NCBI GenBank assembly: GCA_964187785.1
Contig: OZ076409.1
Span: 28,336,001-28,400,000, forward strand
Reading direction: 5' to 3'
DNA from: Amphiscolops sp. MND2022
Taxonomy: Eukaryota
Length of the DNA stretch: 64,000 bases
How positions within the stretch are numbered: position 1 is the stretch's first letter; the number at the start of each line of letters is the position of its first letter. The translations under genes were made by a program, and so were the position numbers. The notes under the pieces are model-generated. The model saw nothing but the letters and a program-made list of their open reading frames with translations, had not been told where the DNA came from and did not search any database. Shown piece by piece: positions 12,045 through 26,235 of the stretch.

Positions 12045-13184
12045 CTTTTGTTCTGAATTTTTTGCGTTGATCGTTTTTCCATTTCATTTGTATTACTACT
12101 GGTGCAACTAGTGTTTTGTTGGTTGATAGACTGAATTTTTCTCAGACCCTTTAAGATCACCAGTAAAATTAAACTATAAGCTGGTATTTGTTTTACCCGA
12201 ATTATGCCGGAAAAATATCACAAGCGTAAGCTAAGGAGCGACCCTCCAAATAGTCATTCAGATGTAGAAGTAGCGAGTTTGTCTAACGTTGAAACAAGAC
12301 ATCTCGCGACAAGATTGAAAACAAGATGTCCAAACGCTGGCCGAATTTGGTCAAAGAGAGATCTCAAGGCTACTCCCATATATATCCTCCAAGGTAGATA
12401 ACCTGTCTAATACTTCGTCTGAACAGGGAGGTTCTGCTGTTAGGGCAGAACATATCGAAAATGTACAGGAAGAAGTTACTGAAACTCATTTTTTGAGTAA
12501 TTTAAACTCCAACAATATCTCCTGAATATCTTGAGATGTCTAAAACGTCAGGCGATAGAGGGGAGTACAGACAGTCCTCATCAATGTCGAGTTGGAGTTT
12601 ACTCATTTTCAAACAAAATTGAGAGATTATTCTTCTTTTTAGGCTTTTAAATTTCAAGGCACGACTGAATTGTGAGATTATAAAGACCATATGGTGATAT
12701 TCATTTCATTTCCTTTAGCTTTTGACAAAAATCCGCAAAAAAATTTCAGGCTCGGGGAGAACCTTATATGGATTTAGGACCATGATCGGTCTCGCATCTA
12801 AGGTGTGAGGCTTGGGTTTCCCTCCATGATAGTAAATAAACAAAATGTGCCTTCACACTTTTCCATTCGGCGATTCCCTTTTGATCATCCCATTCGCGTT
12901 TCGAACATTATTTTAATAGGACATCAACAAATGACAGTGACTAATGATGATAAAGAAAAAGAATTGAAACATACTTTACATGTAATTATCTTACTCAACT
13001 GATTTTCATGCAAAGTTTCGTATACGAAGCACAATTAGTATGTCACAAGATCATTGTTTCAACAAGACACAGGTATAATTTGATCGTCCCACCATCCATC
13101 ATTTTTCTCATTTGAAAAAACATTTGTGGAGTATTTCAAGTCTTTAGGGGTGTCAAAACGTACATAGACAGCAAATGTTTTGAC

Positions 13185-13612
13185 CAGGGATGTTAAAAGT
13201 TTAATCTATTAGCTATCTCGGGTTCTCGGTTGATTATCTATATCTTGATCATGGAAAAAATAGATTATCGGAATGATATTTATTTTATCTTCGGCTCATT
13301 TAAGGATTTTATTTACTAGCTTAATGTTCCCAAATGGACGATTGAAAAACAGAAACATTTGAACTTCAAGCATAAATGGCGACAGTTTTTTGCGACGCTC
13401 GTCAAAAGTTGACTCCGGCCGTATCTCCATAATTTTCGCAATGAAAAATTCAAAAATCTTCGAAATGAATATATCATGCAGTTTTCATTTGGTAAACATG
13501 ATAATCTTAACGATATAAGATATTATCTTTTTTCTTTAAACCTCGAAAATAGATTATTGTATCTTATTTATGGAAGATATTTTTTCGATATATTATCTTT
13601 TTAACATCCCTG
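13185..13612. mobile_element. hAT-type MITE (428 bp)
   Basis: TIR CAGGGATGTTAAAA / TTTTAACATCCCTG; degenerate 8-bp TSD GTTTTGAC / GTTGTGAG; internal ATTATC/GATA repeats. Confidence 0.8.
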
Positions 13613-13897
13613 GTTGTGAGAGTTAATAGAATCCTCTACATTTCTTTACAACATTTCATCATGTATACACACTCTCGTCTTCAAATTCGTCCCACGGAAA
13701 TAACTGTGGCCTCGTGTTTGTTTATATTAGTTTTGTCTTCTGTCATGCACTCGCCGTCGTTTTAGGCTGCTAAATACTGCGTGTGTGCTTGTATTGAAAA
13801 TCCGCATGTTACCGCGTGATCGCTGGCACTCAATGTGTATGTTACCGCATACTCTTTTGTATTGTATCCCGCATGTTGCCGCATACTCGTTCTCACT

Positions 13898-14110
13898 GGA
13901 GGCGGTGCAGCAGACAGACACGCCATCAAATCGACGCGTCAACAATCCGACAGTAGGTATAATAGCTAGTGAAAACAACTGCGCAATTCTTTCAAATTTG
14001 ACTTCAAACTTGGAATGAACAATTTTGAACCAATCAGATCATTCGTGTCGGCTTCTTGACTCAGTTTTGCATTGTCGGTTTGATGGCGTGTCGGCTTGCT
14101 GCGCGCGTCC
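13898..14110. mobile_element. MULE-like MITE (213 bp)
   Basis: About 40-bp imperfect TIRs (GGA.GCG..GCAGCA...GACACGCCATCAAA.CGAC); perfect 10-bp TSD CGTTCTCACT (13888-13897, 14111-14120). Confidence 0.85.
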
Positions 14111-14173
14111 CGTTCTCACTCACTACGTACGCTACCGCTTGTTCTCTCATATTAAATCTGCATGATGCCGCAT

Positions 14174-14916
14174 GGTGACTATTCATAGCTCCGAATTTGA
14201 AATTCAGTGCCATAGCTCCGAATTTAAAACAGTGCCATAGCTCCGAATTTAAAACAGTGCCATAGCTCCGAAATTAAAACTGAATTTACTTCATTTATTT
14301 GGATTCAATCACATTGATTTACAAACAAATGAAACAGCTTTCCAATAATTCTTCACAGACCGGTTACCTGCAATTAAGGAAAATTTTAAGGCATCAATTT
14401 GCGAGTTCAAGCTTCGCCATTTTTGAGTTGCCGCGGTGGCATTGCCCCGGCCTCCATGCTTTCAATTGTGTTCCTGATAATTCTCTTCACTCTTTTCAAG
14501 AAACGTATTGTCAGCCAAAATTTCGGACTTTTTCGGCCATTTCTTCTTTTCCAGGCACTGTTCCAGCCCTCACATTTATTTGTCGTGGGTATTCTAGAGG
14601 GGCGCTCAAAAACGCACCACATTTCTTGTGGATACGTCGATACTGGTGTTTTTTTATTGATGGTATACCGAAAATTATCGAAAATGACGATTATGCCTCG
14701 CTTAGAATTAACAACTTTCAAAGTTTGCATTTTGACTTAATAATCAGTGGCGGTTTTATGATTTTCAAAAGGTAGGGCGCACCGGAACGAGAGCACCAGT
14801 TGAATTTTCATTCTCTGCTTGAGTTGCTTATTTTATGTAACAAAATTAATTTTCTGAGTTGAGGCACTCGATTTTGTTTTCGGAGCTATGAATGTTCGGA
14901 GCTATGGGAAGTCACC
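14174..14916 (-). mobile_element. Internally deleted Mutator (MULE) element (743 bp)
   Basis: Termini GGTGACT / AGTCACC with subterminal CATAGCTCCGAA repeats; perfect 10-bp TSD GATGCCGCAT. ORF 14407-14730 joins a FLYWCH-like start (SKRG...FDNFRY) to the MULE C-terminal motif TTNKCEGWN. Confidence 0.88.
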
Positions 14917-15799
14917 GATGCCGCATACTCGTTTTCATACCAAGCGTGTTATACCGCATGATCCTTTGCCTTAGGATTACATGACTCAAAGATAATCAGT
15001 GGTTACATATCCACGTGCTCTCTAATGTTGGTTCACAGGCTGCCATTCAATTTGTCAATCACTCTGGCAGAAGAGATCAACAATTAATTGACCAATTAGC
15101 GTTCAGCTCAAATGTCAGAATACAGCTGACGTGAAGTTCATTTGCTTTTTGCCTGGTATCTGTACGCCACGCCTTGTTCACTGTTTTCATTGTCATAGTT
15201 ATCAGTATTGTAATACTTTATTTGTCAAACATCTTAAGTTTACATAAGCTTTTCCGGAAAGTTTCTTTCTTCTGTTGCCCTTTAACTTCCTCAGCTCACT
15301 TTATCTCTCCCTAAATATTCGTAATACATTCCAATTGTTTTCCCCTTCGTTTGCTTCTTCTTCTCCACGGACACTTTCAATATTCGATTTGTTCTTCCAT
15401 TCGATTATCGACTCTCAGAGAACAAGGAAATCCCGGAAAGATCAAATATCAAGGAAGCAGGAGTCGTCGTGAGACTAAAAGTCACCTACATCAATGTCCC
15501 CTCGTGAGTTCCAACTTTAGTTCCAAATAGTTTTTGTTTTGTTCATCCATATTTCCCGATAGGTAATTTTTGAATGCTTAGCTGGCCAGGCCTTCATTTT
15601 GAGTAAGACAACTATATCAGCAGACTTCAGATTCAAATCTTCTTTTGGAAATCTTTAGTTTCCGGTAAATTTCCTCATCTACTTCCGTCCGATTTGAAAA
15701 TGTTCTTCACCGCGTCCGGTTTAGAAAATTCTTCAACGTGAATGTCGCTGAATCTGACTAAGTTCTCTTCTACTAGAAGTAAAAAAACTCGTTTGTTTT

Positions 15800-17060
15800 A
15801 GTCGAATTCGAGGCTACTGAGAATCTCCTGCTCGATCGCCCACTAAAATTTATACTCCGCTAGAGGTCATTCCCCCAGCACAACTACCCGCTGTAGACTC
15901 CAGTCTTAATCCGGAACCTGTGGTCGTTAGCACCATCGACAGTTTCACCAGAGAAACGGATAGCGAAGCCAATAATTTCGCTGCTCCCTCGGAGGAATTA
16001 GCTGTTGAGCCACCCACAACTCCCGAGAGTTTGGTTACCCCCATTCTATCTGGAATCACCATGATGAACATGGGCACTTCCCCTGACGCGACAACTGAGG
16101 AGAATTTTGAAAGTACTACTCTTTCTCCAATATTGCAGGTTCCGTCACCACGATTTTCACAATTTTAATACCTGTTTGCTCAAGAAACAGGGCCTGGTCG
16201 GTTGTTGCCTGACATTCCTGAATACAATTCTCCCTCGGGGAGGATAAATGAATCTACTACTAATGTAGTTCCATTGCCACTTAATGAAGAGGTTGAACCT
16301 GGGACATCTACTGTCCCGAGTATCAACATCACCCGGAATGAACTTCTCGCGCTTACTAATTTCCTCGAAAGGTCCCACACTCTTTCGTCACTGAAAATGA
16401 GGCTGTGCACAACCCCGAACTATCGATGACTGTTGTTGAAGGTCCACCTGGGTTCTCATTTCAGTTCCCAATTACACTCATGCCCAATATTTTGGTCGTC
16501 CTAACCAAACTCAATTTGAACAAGAAGTTGGTGAACTACTTGTCGTCCGGAATAAACGCCGAAGGCCCCGTTACTCACTCAAAAGCAGCATCTTACGAAA
16601 GCATCCTGTCTTGAATTTCTCGGCTACTTGCCTCCTTGATCGCGATAAAACTCCCTATTAGTGGTGGTGTAGGGTATGTAAAATCGAGCTCTTTCTCATG
16701 TGTCGTGGGGTCTTAGAACTACTGGCGCATTACAAAACCGACTCCCATCTGATTAAAGAGCGTTGAATAAGGATGGAAACTCCTGGGATGGCACTGTATG
16801 ACAAGAACGAGCGTGAGCTTCAGGGATGAGCCCTGTCGAGTGCCAAAAAGGTTGCAAAAGAGACCTACCCCATTGCTCTACATCATCACCACTGTTGGCT
16901 TTGGTTTCATTGGTAGGTGGTCAGTAACAACGTCCTCCCCAAAATGCAGCTTCTCTCTGGCTTTACTGAAAAGAAAACTACGTTTGACTGACCCATGCGC
17001 TGCGAGAGAGTTAGTAAACACTCTTTTGCGTTTTCGAAACAAAACATTCGAAAAATAAAT
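15800..17060 (+). pseudogene. Decayed ORF of unknown function (S/T/P/E-rich N-terminus, then a globular-looking part)
   Basis: Consecutive plus-strand ORF pieces at 15920, 16202, 16405 and 16798, linked by frameshifts. No recognised domain. Confidence 0.35.
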
Positions 17061-17555
17061 TTGAGAGCCTCTACGACGCTGACCATGGTTGACTACTCCA
17101 TGTTGTAAAATGAAGATGCGTCAGATGAAAATACGTTCTCATTCAAGTAGATTTCTACACTGCGAGTACCATCAGAGTCAAATCGAATATATATTTACAG
17201 TCTGGTACATAAACAAAAAAGCATCTGTTAAGAGTAAGTGGTTAATTTTTCTATTTGGCAGCTGAGTGTTTGTCAATGATCTATCTCTATTTCCGATTTT
17301 TAGAATGAACAGAAAAAATTAGTCGTAGCTGGCCAATCGAAAGACCTTTGACTTTGTCAAAGCCTCCCTAGCAATATCATGGAAGCATCCCACCGCGAAT
17401 GGCAATGATATTTCTCAAGTTCCCCTAATCCAGTCGACAAAAAAATTTCTCAGTCAAAACTATTGAAGCTTAAGAAATTTGTTTATCTTCTGGTGTGAGC
17501 TGGTTCTAATCTAAAGGGAAAAGGAAGAATACATTCTATAAAATGGTATAAAGAG

Positions 17556-20500
17556 TTACCGTAGCCTCATTAGCGATCTCAAATTTTCTCTGAAAGTTTT
17601 CACAAACAAAAAGATGGACAAGGGGTTACCAGAGCAGTTCAAAAAGAGTGGTAGCGAGTGGAAATGTTGTCTCAAACTGAGCAGTAGAATCTCCCAGGTT
17701 GTTTTAGGTGTATCTGGTTCGAACGACAAAGCCACTGTGCGGTTATAGAACTCAAGACAAACTGCACACATAGCCACACAACCTACGCAGAGAAGCATTC
17801 GAAAGGCATTGCTTTTCTCAGGTGAGAATTTCCTGAAACGAAAAGAATTGAAAATCTGTGTAGTTTTCATATTTTTCAGGGGGAAATGGTTTTTCCAAAG
17901 AGCAAACGTTGAGCTTGAGTAAAGTTCTGCGTTAATTAAGGTTGGCAAACACTCCTAAAATCACACTAGAATTGGTTTTCTGGAGTTAGTGTTTTATCGG
18001 AGTTAGCTTACTGCCTATTCGATGCAAAGTAAGGTATTATCTAAAAATTAGCATCAATTTTGAAGTTCGACTGACAGTTCTTAGGTTAGGTCGTTAAGCT
18101 AACACGGATCCAAATTCATGAAGTATCTATGCAATTTCATGCATGGAATTTTTAAAAAATGGCTCAATACCATGCGATTCCATGTTTAGAAAAGCATGAA
18201 ATTCAAAACTTTCTTAACGTTTTCATGCATATAACCATTAAAAAAGTGACAATTATATGTAATTGAAACTTCACATTCTCAATTTGAGCGGTGAATCTCA
18301 AAACACTAGAAATATGAATAGCATCTAAAGGAAAAATGTTTACAGTCGATTCAGACTGGTGGAAATTGGTTCAGATATCGTTCAAGAACATGCTGTTCCT
18401 GGTCTTCCGCAAGCTGTTTGGACATAGAAAACAAACAGAAAAGCTGAAAAGTAACGCCGTGAGTCCTGTTAGATGAAATTTTTAGGTTAAGAGAGCCTCC
18501 ACACACTCAGCATAAACTTTAAACATGGGAACCATATATTATTAATATTGTGAAGAATCCACAAAACCTTTTCCTCATTTCTTGAAAATTTCACTTTTGC
18601 ACTACTAATATTAATGTCTGAATTCTTTCGTCAAATTGGCGGCACTTTGAAGTTCACTTTTTCCTCATTTCTAGAAAACACATTTTGGTAGTCGCAAAAG
18701 CCAATTTTCCTCAATTCTTGAAAAATACAAAGTTCCCTGTTTGGCGTCGTAATGAAGACTTTCAAATATCTACTAACACTGTTTGTTGTTTCAGACCACG
18801 TCCTACACTGAAGCGAATTGAATTTCATGCTCCATTGGATCAGAGAAAAATTAAAACACTTTGATACATAGTGCAAAAATTAGGATTTAGAGAAAATGGT
18901 TCCAGTTATATAGTAGAATCACTGAGAACGTCCATACTTGTACTTCTAAGTTTTTTGTTCGTGATCGAACACTATTCGCTTATTTTCACAATGTCCAGTA
19001 GTCAAATTCTTAAATTGGTCAAACATACGTATATACAGACCTCTTGGCTGGCGATTGAAGCAATAGACGGAGTATCACTAAGAAATTCAGAGCAAGCGCG
19101 ATTAAAGCCGGACAGAAGACCATAAAAAGTCTCTGAAGGAACACTGTCAAGACTAGACTTTCCACAGTAACGTAGCTTGCTACCCCGAAGCAACTATGGT
19201 TCTCCAAAGTGTGGATAGCCGTGAATGGAGAACCCATTATAACTGCCACTATCATAGCGCCACAGGCTACTTTATTTGTGTTTCTGATTGAAGCATGTTC
19301 TTTATACTTGTAGGGAAAATATGTCGCATAGAACCTGTCAGCTGACAAAACCACAACCAAATTGAGGGATGCTGATAGAAAGATGTAAAAAAGGGCGACC
19401 TGCACTTTGCACACTAATTGGAAGAACTTGTTCTGCTTAGTCAAGTCGAACTCCACTGACAGCAACTCGGAAACGTTCACAAGCAACGTGACCATGTCAA
19501 CAATTGAAAGCCAGCAGATAATAACATATCCTAAAAAGAAGAAAATTTCTAGGAAACTTGCAGACCACCACGAGAAATTAAGAAATATTTGTAGTCGAAA
19601 TTTTAAATTCAAGTCGATCACAGACAGGGCTGGCTGAAAAAAAAACATGCTGAATAAAAACGGTTTTTTAAACAGTGTTTTCAATCAGTTGCGAAAAATT
19701 TTGACGTAGAATGATCAAAAATTTTTGATGATATACCTTGAAAGTATGCTTATTGTATCTGTCTACATGGCCCGGATCGGCATTTCGCATACTACTTGTG
19801 GTCTACATTAGCGGTCACAAAGATATGCAGAGATCATTTTAGAGGGCTCCCAATGTAACAGAATATTTTGGGAGCAAATCCAGCACTTCTCATGGAGTTG
19901 GCGCTAGATCTACTGGCCATGGCGCCCAGTAGCGGCCTAGAGCGAGTATATCCAACCATGGGTTTTGTTCATTCTGATCTTGAAAACAGACTCGGGATTG
20001 AAAAAGTTTCGAAACTGGCTTTTTATCTCCGTGCTTTGAGAAAATTTCTGAAAAAACTGTTTTGAAATGGTTTTAGACGTATAAGATGTATTTTTTGATT
20101 TTTTCTGTATTTATAAAAAATCTTTTCTCCAACCCTGATAACTTATATCAGATAGAAAGTTTTGTTGACTTTTGAGAACTATGATTAAAAAAGTCCTGAA
20201 GTGTCACAAAATTACTTGTTTAGTGTTCTATATCAATGTTCTTGACAGAAATCTGTAATTTTTATCAAAGATTGAATCACGACTCAGGTATTTGTTTTGT
20301 CTTAGATAGCTTCATTTTTGATCTTCAATCATAAAGTTTCAGATTTTTTTGATATTTCCATGCAAATCAAAAAGCATACCCGTTTACATTGACCATAGAC
20401 GGAAGGATACAAGCTGCCGAAGCCAATTTCACATACATCTGCCTCTAAGATTTTGATCCTATAAGTTACCCTAGTTCAATATACAAACAACTTTTTTTTA

Positions 20501-23500
20501 CCGGAATTTTGTTTTTTATTTTCCGCCCATATTTCATATGGGAAAGGAAAATATTTAAATCAAACGGTTTTTTATAACAAAATTTTCCAAGCACCAAATT
20601 TGAATTTACCTTTAAGGGTGTTACCCATAGAATTCAACTCGCATAAACTTAGCTCCGTGCTCTTTGAATTTGTGGAGATTTCTGGAATTTTTAGTTGACG
20701 CCAAGGACCCCAGAATGACCCCAAAAATAGAATAAACTACAAAAATTTTCACCTTTTCACATTTTATTGCAATTTTTGTAAATTTCTCGATAAATGCCGT
20801 GGATTAGAAGTTGAAAAGGTTCAACAACGCACGAAGTTGTTGTTCAGTAGTCGTTTATGAAGAGATAAATGCGGGTTTTTGGAAAGAAAAAGACCCAAAA
20901 ATGACGAAAAATCAAAAACTCCCGATTTTTAAAGATTTAATGCAATTTTTGTAAAATTTACGATAGACTTCGTGGATTAAATTGTTGAAAATGCTCAACA
21001 TGGCCCTAATTCGTTGTCCAGTAGGCTTTTCGAAGAGGTAATTGCTGTTTTCCATATGAAAAAATCCCAAATTGACACCGAAAATGACAAAAATCCCAAA
21101 ATTTTCCTATTGTCTAAGGTTTTATGCATTTTCCCCAAATTTCCCACAGACTTCGTCAACTGGAACGTTGAAAAAGGTCAACAAGGAAAAAATGTGTTGT
21201 CCAGTACGTTTAGAAAAGAGATGAACGCAGTTTTTCAAACGAAAACTGTCCGGATTTGACATCGAAAAAGACTAAAATTTGAAAATTTTTGAAATTTCCA
21301 TTTTTCACTATTTTTGTTCAATTGTTGTCCATAAACTTCGTGGACTAGAACGCTAAAACGCCTAAAGCATGGGCAAACTTGTTGTATTGGTGAGCTTTCG
21401 TCACGAGATAAGTTCCATTTGTAAAAAAATGCCTCAAACGGACCCTGAACTGTAAAAAAAATTGAAGATTTTGTCGTTTTTGATGCAATCATCGTACATT
21501 TCCTGAGAGATTTCGTTCTAAGTTCCAACACAAGCAACTCAACAACGAAAGAACGAGCTTTGCTTTACATTTTTGAAGAGAACGTTGCAGGAAAAGTGAC
21601 CCCGAAAAGTCGAATGTGTCAAAATTTTTATCGATTTCCGACATTTTCAGGGAATTTTTTTAGATTGGAAAGTTTCGGTAAAATAAAAGCTTCGAAAAAC
21701 TCCAGATGATAAAACTAGGTCCGAAGCACGTTTCAAGCGGAAAGCCTATTTTATGGTCGCATATTTCCTCAGAATGACCCAAATATTGAAAAGACTGAGA
21801 ATTTTCAGGATTTATACAAATTTTTATGCAGTTTCTGTACAAGTTTTGAGCTACTTCCTTGCAATAAATGTTTTAAAAAAACTCAGCAATGACTAATCTG
21901 GGTCTTTTCAGAAGGCCTTTTCGAATAGACGACTGCATTTTGTTTGGAATTGGCTTAAAACAACGAAAAATCAATGAAACAACAAAAAAATCACGTTGTT
22001 TGACATCTATTCTCAATAGGGTTTTCTAAACGCAATTGGGAAACAAATGGGATGAAGTTCATCTGGTTTACAACAAAGGTGTCAAAGTTCCCGAATTTTC
22101 TTTATTTTCAACAACATAGTACCATTTTTGGGCCTTTCCGAAAGTTTACTTCAATCAGAAATACCAAAAGCTCATGATTGTTACGTGTAACTACGGGTAG
22201 TGTTTCGGAAACATATCAGACAAATTTCTTCGCCCAACTTCCAAAAACTTTACTTGAAAACGTAAATTTCGACCTCATTTACCCTATATTTTATATTCAA
22301 AAACCTTCCAACAAATTCAGTAGATATTCCAAAGGAAGATGTTTCGAGCTACTTGGTGGGTTAGAATGGTGTAAGCATTCAACAACAGTTAAACTCGGTG
22401 CCCAGTAGGCCTAATTTTGAAAAGACATCTGGAGATTCAAGTTAGAAAAATTCCTGAAATTGACCCCGAGCTTGTCAAATCTATTTCCAACTTTTGACAC
22501 TTCTGGTGAAACCATGTGCAATGATATAACAAACCGGGATCGCTCAACTTTCCTGAATTTGCAAAGGACCTAGTTTCAAGCTTTTACCATTTCCTCTGTG
22601 CCAATACTTACCTCAAGGCATACGCCTGAGACTAGAAAAAAAACACTTTTTGCCCAACAGGTATAATAAAAAACCGAATTCGATTTTTTTACGGTAAATT
22701 TAGTTCTATGGTGGCGAAACGAGTTTCAGCTCGCAAAACTACTTTTCTCAAGCCGAAATCAACTATCAAAGCACGGGGGTACTCTTTGCCCAAATGAATC
22801 AAAGCTTTCCTTGCTTCGAACTTCTTTGCGATTTATTATTGCATTGGCTATTATTGAGCCTCAAGTTTATTTAGTTGTAGAACAGTTTGCGGCGGAAAAA
22901 ATCTCGCTGCTGAGCGGGCGTCTTGTATGAATAAACTTTCTATACAAATTATTTTCGGTGAAACTCTGAAATCTGATTTTCCGCAATTTACTCGATTTCA
23001 CGCCACCTTAAATCCACTGCACCTAGACGCTAGTTCGAAACCTATGGTGAGCGGTAATAACGTCTCAGGACTAACGTCTTCGGAATAACGTCTAAAGCCA
23101 TGTCATGCTCATTCCCAATTTTAATGTTGAATTTTGGTTGTTATTCCTTTAGACATTGTTCCCGAAACACTCTTAGACGTTATTATGTATTCCTTAGACG
23201 TTATTCACGCCTCTAGAAATCTATAAAGTGACTGAAGTTAGCATTCAATAAAATGGCGCCCAAAAAGGTCCCAGCAACACTTAAAACAGACTTGATGTAT
23301 GGTAGACTTTGTGAAATTTCCGAGTTGCCATCAATTTTAAAAAGTTTCTAACTATCAATTTTATAACTTACTATCAAGTTCCAGTAGTTTCTACTAATGT
23401 AATATTTTCTTCGCCGCGGTTGAACTTACCTGACTTCTTTTTCTTTTTGACTATAGTTAATGAAACTGCAAACAGAAGAATGTTTCCCAGACCTCCGAGC

Positions 23501-23631
23501 ATCTCCAAAACAATCATCGAAGGGATTGCATAGGGAAGCAAGTTAAAAACTATAGGGAAATTTTGGCGTAAAGTATCTTCCCAGCCACTTGAAAAAGTTT
23601 CATTTGAATTTTCAACCTCAGTTGTATTCAT
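17556..23631 (-). CDS. Rhodopsin-like (class A) GPCR, paralog 1; exons 23631-23430, 19530-19041, 17832-17556; 322 aa
   Basis: GT-AG introns in phases 1 and 2 give 969 nt in frame. N-glycosylation sequons in the N-terminus, TM1 GN, TM2 LSIVD, TM3 Cys and DRF, ECL2 Cys, TM5 Pro, TM7 NCSGNP, helix-8 FRENL. An alternative in-phase donor exists at 19028. Confidence 0.88.
19625..20137 (+). mobile_element. Deleted hAT element in GPCR1 intron 1
   Basis: TIR CAGGGCTGG / CCAACCCTG; ORF 19868-20065 resembles the hAT C-terminal dimerisation domain (ELALDLLAMAPSSGLERVY...NRLG.EKVSKL). TSD is degenerate. Confidence 0.75.
20750..21700. repeat. Degenerate tandem array of about 175-185-bp units
   Basis: Unit tgcaattttt..aaatt....ata.acttcgtgga.taga..gttgaaaa..ctcaaca recurs at about 20770, 20941, 21125, 21311 and 21484. 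Related sequence lies near 28.9 kb. Confidence 0.6.
23050..23212. mobile_element. Small palindromic MITE-like element
   Basis: TAACGTCT repeats on the left and AGACGTTA repeats on the right; ends GAGCGGTAATAACGTCT / AGACGTTATTCACGCCTC. TSD not clear. Confidence 0.55.
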
Positions 23632-25616
23632 TGCTGCGAATTACTGATCGGTTATCTTGCTGTGTTTATATTAAAAGGCAAGCTACTAACAATAGCTTAT
23701 CAAACATTTTCGTAATTAGCTGTTCCCTAAAATGTAGGGGTAAATCAAAGTTGAATGGCAAAAACTAGGTTATGATTAATCAAGCTGGCGTGAATGCGTT
23801 GAAAGCATTCAAGAATGTATACCAGAGGCTAATCATACGGAAAAGATTTTTAATCTCTACTTCGTAGCTTTGAAATCTCCCAAACGTTCATTTGGGCACC
23901 ACACCAAAAATAAAGACCTAGAATGATTGCTTGATTTTCATGTTTCACGAAACCTGAAGCAGGGGAGCTTGACGAACTTCCAATAAACTTTCGAACTCGG
24001 GATCTGTTAGTCATTCAGGCATTTTTGAAATGGCAATACTTTGATTGAGTTATATTGAGTTCGATGAATAAATGCAATCGAAGACATTTTTGTCACTATT
24101 CTCAATTGTTTGATTGCTAATCTTTGAAACTAGATCTAAATTGGAGATGGCTTTAGATTTTATCTGTAGTTGAAAACTTCTTTGTAGTTCTAACGTCATT
24201 GAGCTCAGAATGAAAAGGATGCGTGAATTTTGAAATAAAGCCATTCAGTGAAACTTCAAGAAAACAATGCCAAATAAATTGGAAAAGACTCATCAAAATG
24301 GTTTTCCTGAATTTAGATTGCAACAGGCTGCGCACTGATCAAAATAGAACTGGTTCAAACACAAATCGCAAAAAATTAGGTTCAAAATTACAGAGCGTAT
24401 CAAGCTGAACAAAGGCTTCGGCATTTCATAAAGAAGGTTCAGTTGAAGAGATAAGTAATTATTGGCCAATTGTTTTACTTCTCTGTATAAAGCCTTCTTT
24501 TTACGGTGATTTACAATCAATTGATGGATTTCCTTGGAACATTTTAAATATCATGAATGGATCGAATGGGCTTCAATCGAGGAGATATCAAAGTTGGGGC
24601 ATGAAAACTCTAGTCATTATTTCTGAAACATCTTTATTAAATAACACAAACGTACAGTTGTTTCCATGATACGAAGAAGACCATAAATACTGTCGACTAT
24701 TCGATTTTGTTGAACAGACTCTATAAAAATTGCATTCGAGGTCCTACCGTAGCTCGCATCGAAAACTGTTTGCATACAAAACAGCAGCTTGTGCAGCTAT
24801 GAGTCTTCAAGCGTTCTGTTAAAAAGCAGTTAAACAGCGTTACTCAGTTTTCTGTACTAGAACCATTGTTTTTGTCGACGCATTTCAGAAGAAAATGTGC
24901 CCGACTATTACAGTGGCCAGTTTTTTTGTCAGATGACAATATCACATTGAATGGTCCTCTTTTACAATCTTCGCCACATTCGTATGGCCACTGTGGCCCA
25001 GCACTCAATATCCGAAAGTTTCGACCAAAACATTGCGCTATATCCGAATTTTTGACGCTGAATCCGAACTATATGGCGTTTTACAGAAGAGGACGGAAAG
25101 ATTTGAAAAAAGCGCTCCAATTTGTTTCAGCTCCTATGTATATTTTTAACAGCGCATTTTTTGTTGGCGCTTTATTGAAAATAAAACGTGACTATTACAA
25201 TGGCTTTTCATTAAAAAAATTCCAATCCACACGATCTGAAGAAGTTCTACAAATATTCTACAAAATCCTAGAATCTTCAAATGTGCCATTTGGCACAGCA
25301 CGCTATATCCGAATTTTTGATGTTATATCCGAAATAAAATGCGTTCTACAAAGGTGAATGTGCAGGTTCGAAGATAGTGCGCTATATCCGAATTTTGGTT
25401 TAATGACCAGCAAACTGACACATTCTGTTAAGGTTACTTAGTACCATCTAAGTGCCACTTGATTGGTACCCCTATGATTGATAGATTCTACACAAAACGT
25501 CCAAAAACGGGTAAATATTAAAACTTTGCGATTTTTGAGCCTTAAGCGGCGGCTGACTTGAGGCGTTCCCGTCTTGTTAATTGTATATATCAACAATCTC
25601 ATCTTGCAAGCTGTCA

Positions 25617-25933
25617 CAACACTTTTTCTACAGAACTACTAAACTACTGGAACGGCAAGCGGAAACGCATCTAAGTTAGGGCAAAGGGTCCCCCTTTCGT
25701 GTACTTAATTTTTAACGTAAGATACAAAACCGGACGACACTATAGGGTTCCCCTTGGATTTTTTTCGGCACTGTGCGACTTTCTTGCGAACTATTTTTGT
25801 CGACAAAGGGTCCCCCTTCAAGTTTTTTGATATATTGAATCAAACTGAATTTTCAAAAAGCCGAAAGGGTCCCCCTTTTACAATTTTAAAAACGCAGTTT
25901 GAGCCTTAGATATAGCGCCGACTTTAGACGTTA
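25617..25933. mobile_element. HINE-like element copy
   Basis: Near-identical to 3055-3372; preceded by another family terminus (gcgttcccgtcttgtt) ending at 25578. Confidence 0.7.
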
Positions 25934-26235
25934 TCTCTAGTTCTATTTGCTGTATACCCTAATTTTGCTGTAAATGACTATCCAATCATATTTTCTGAAT
26001 TTTCCAGAATAAATAATTATATCTTCTAGAAAATTGTTTTGCGTTGTCTTTTGATAAGTTTTCGAAACGTACAACCTTGACGGCTCTCATTTACAAACGG
26101 CAGTTATTTAAATAACAAATAAAAGGTTGACTCCATTATCAAGGGTTCTTCAAGCACTATGTGACGTTTTCCGATTATTTTTCTCAGTTTGAGACCCCTT
26201 TTTTGTCGGCGTTTTTAACAATAAAAGAGCCCGAC

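Noticed and set aside
19531..19684. N-terminal extensions of the GPCR exon ORFs (also 44818-44899, 17833-17948, 47218-47396)
   Set aside because: Read-through into introns; similarity between the paralogs stops at the splice sites.
24866..25357. 163-aa ORF
   Set aside because: Lies over repeated GCGCTATATCCGAA modules of the interspersed repeat; non-ATG start; not protein-like.
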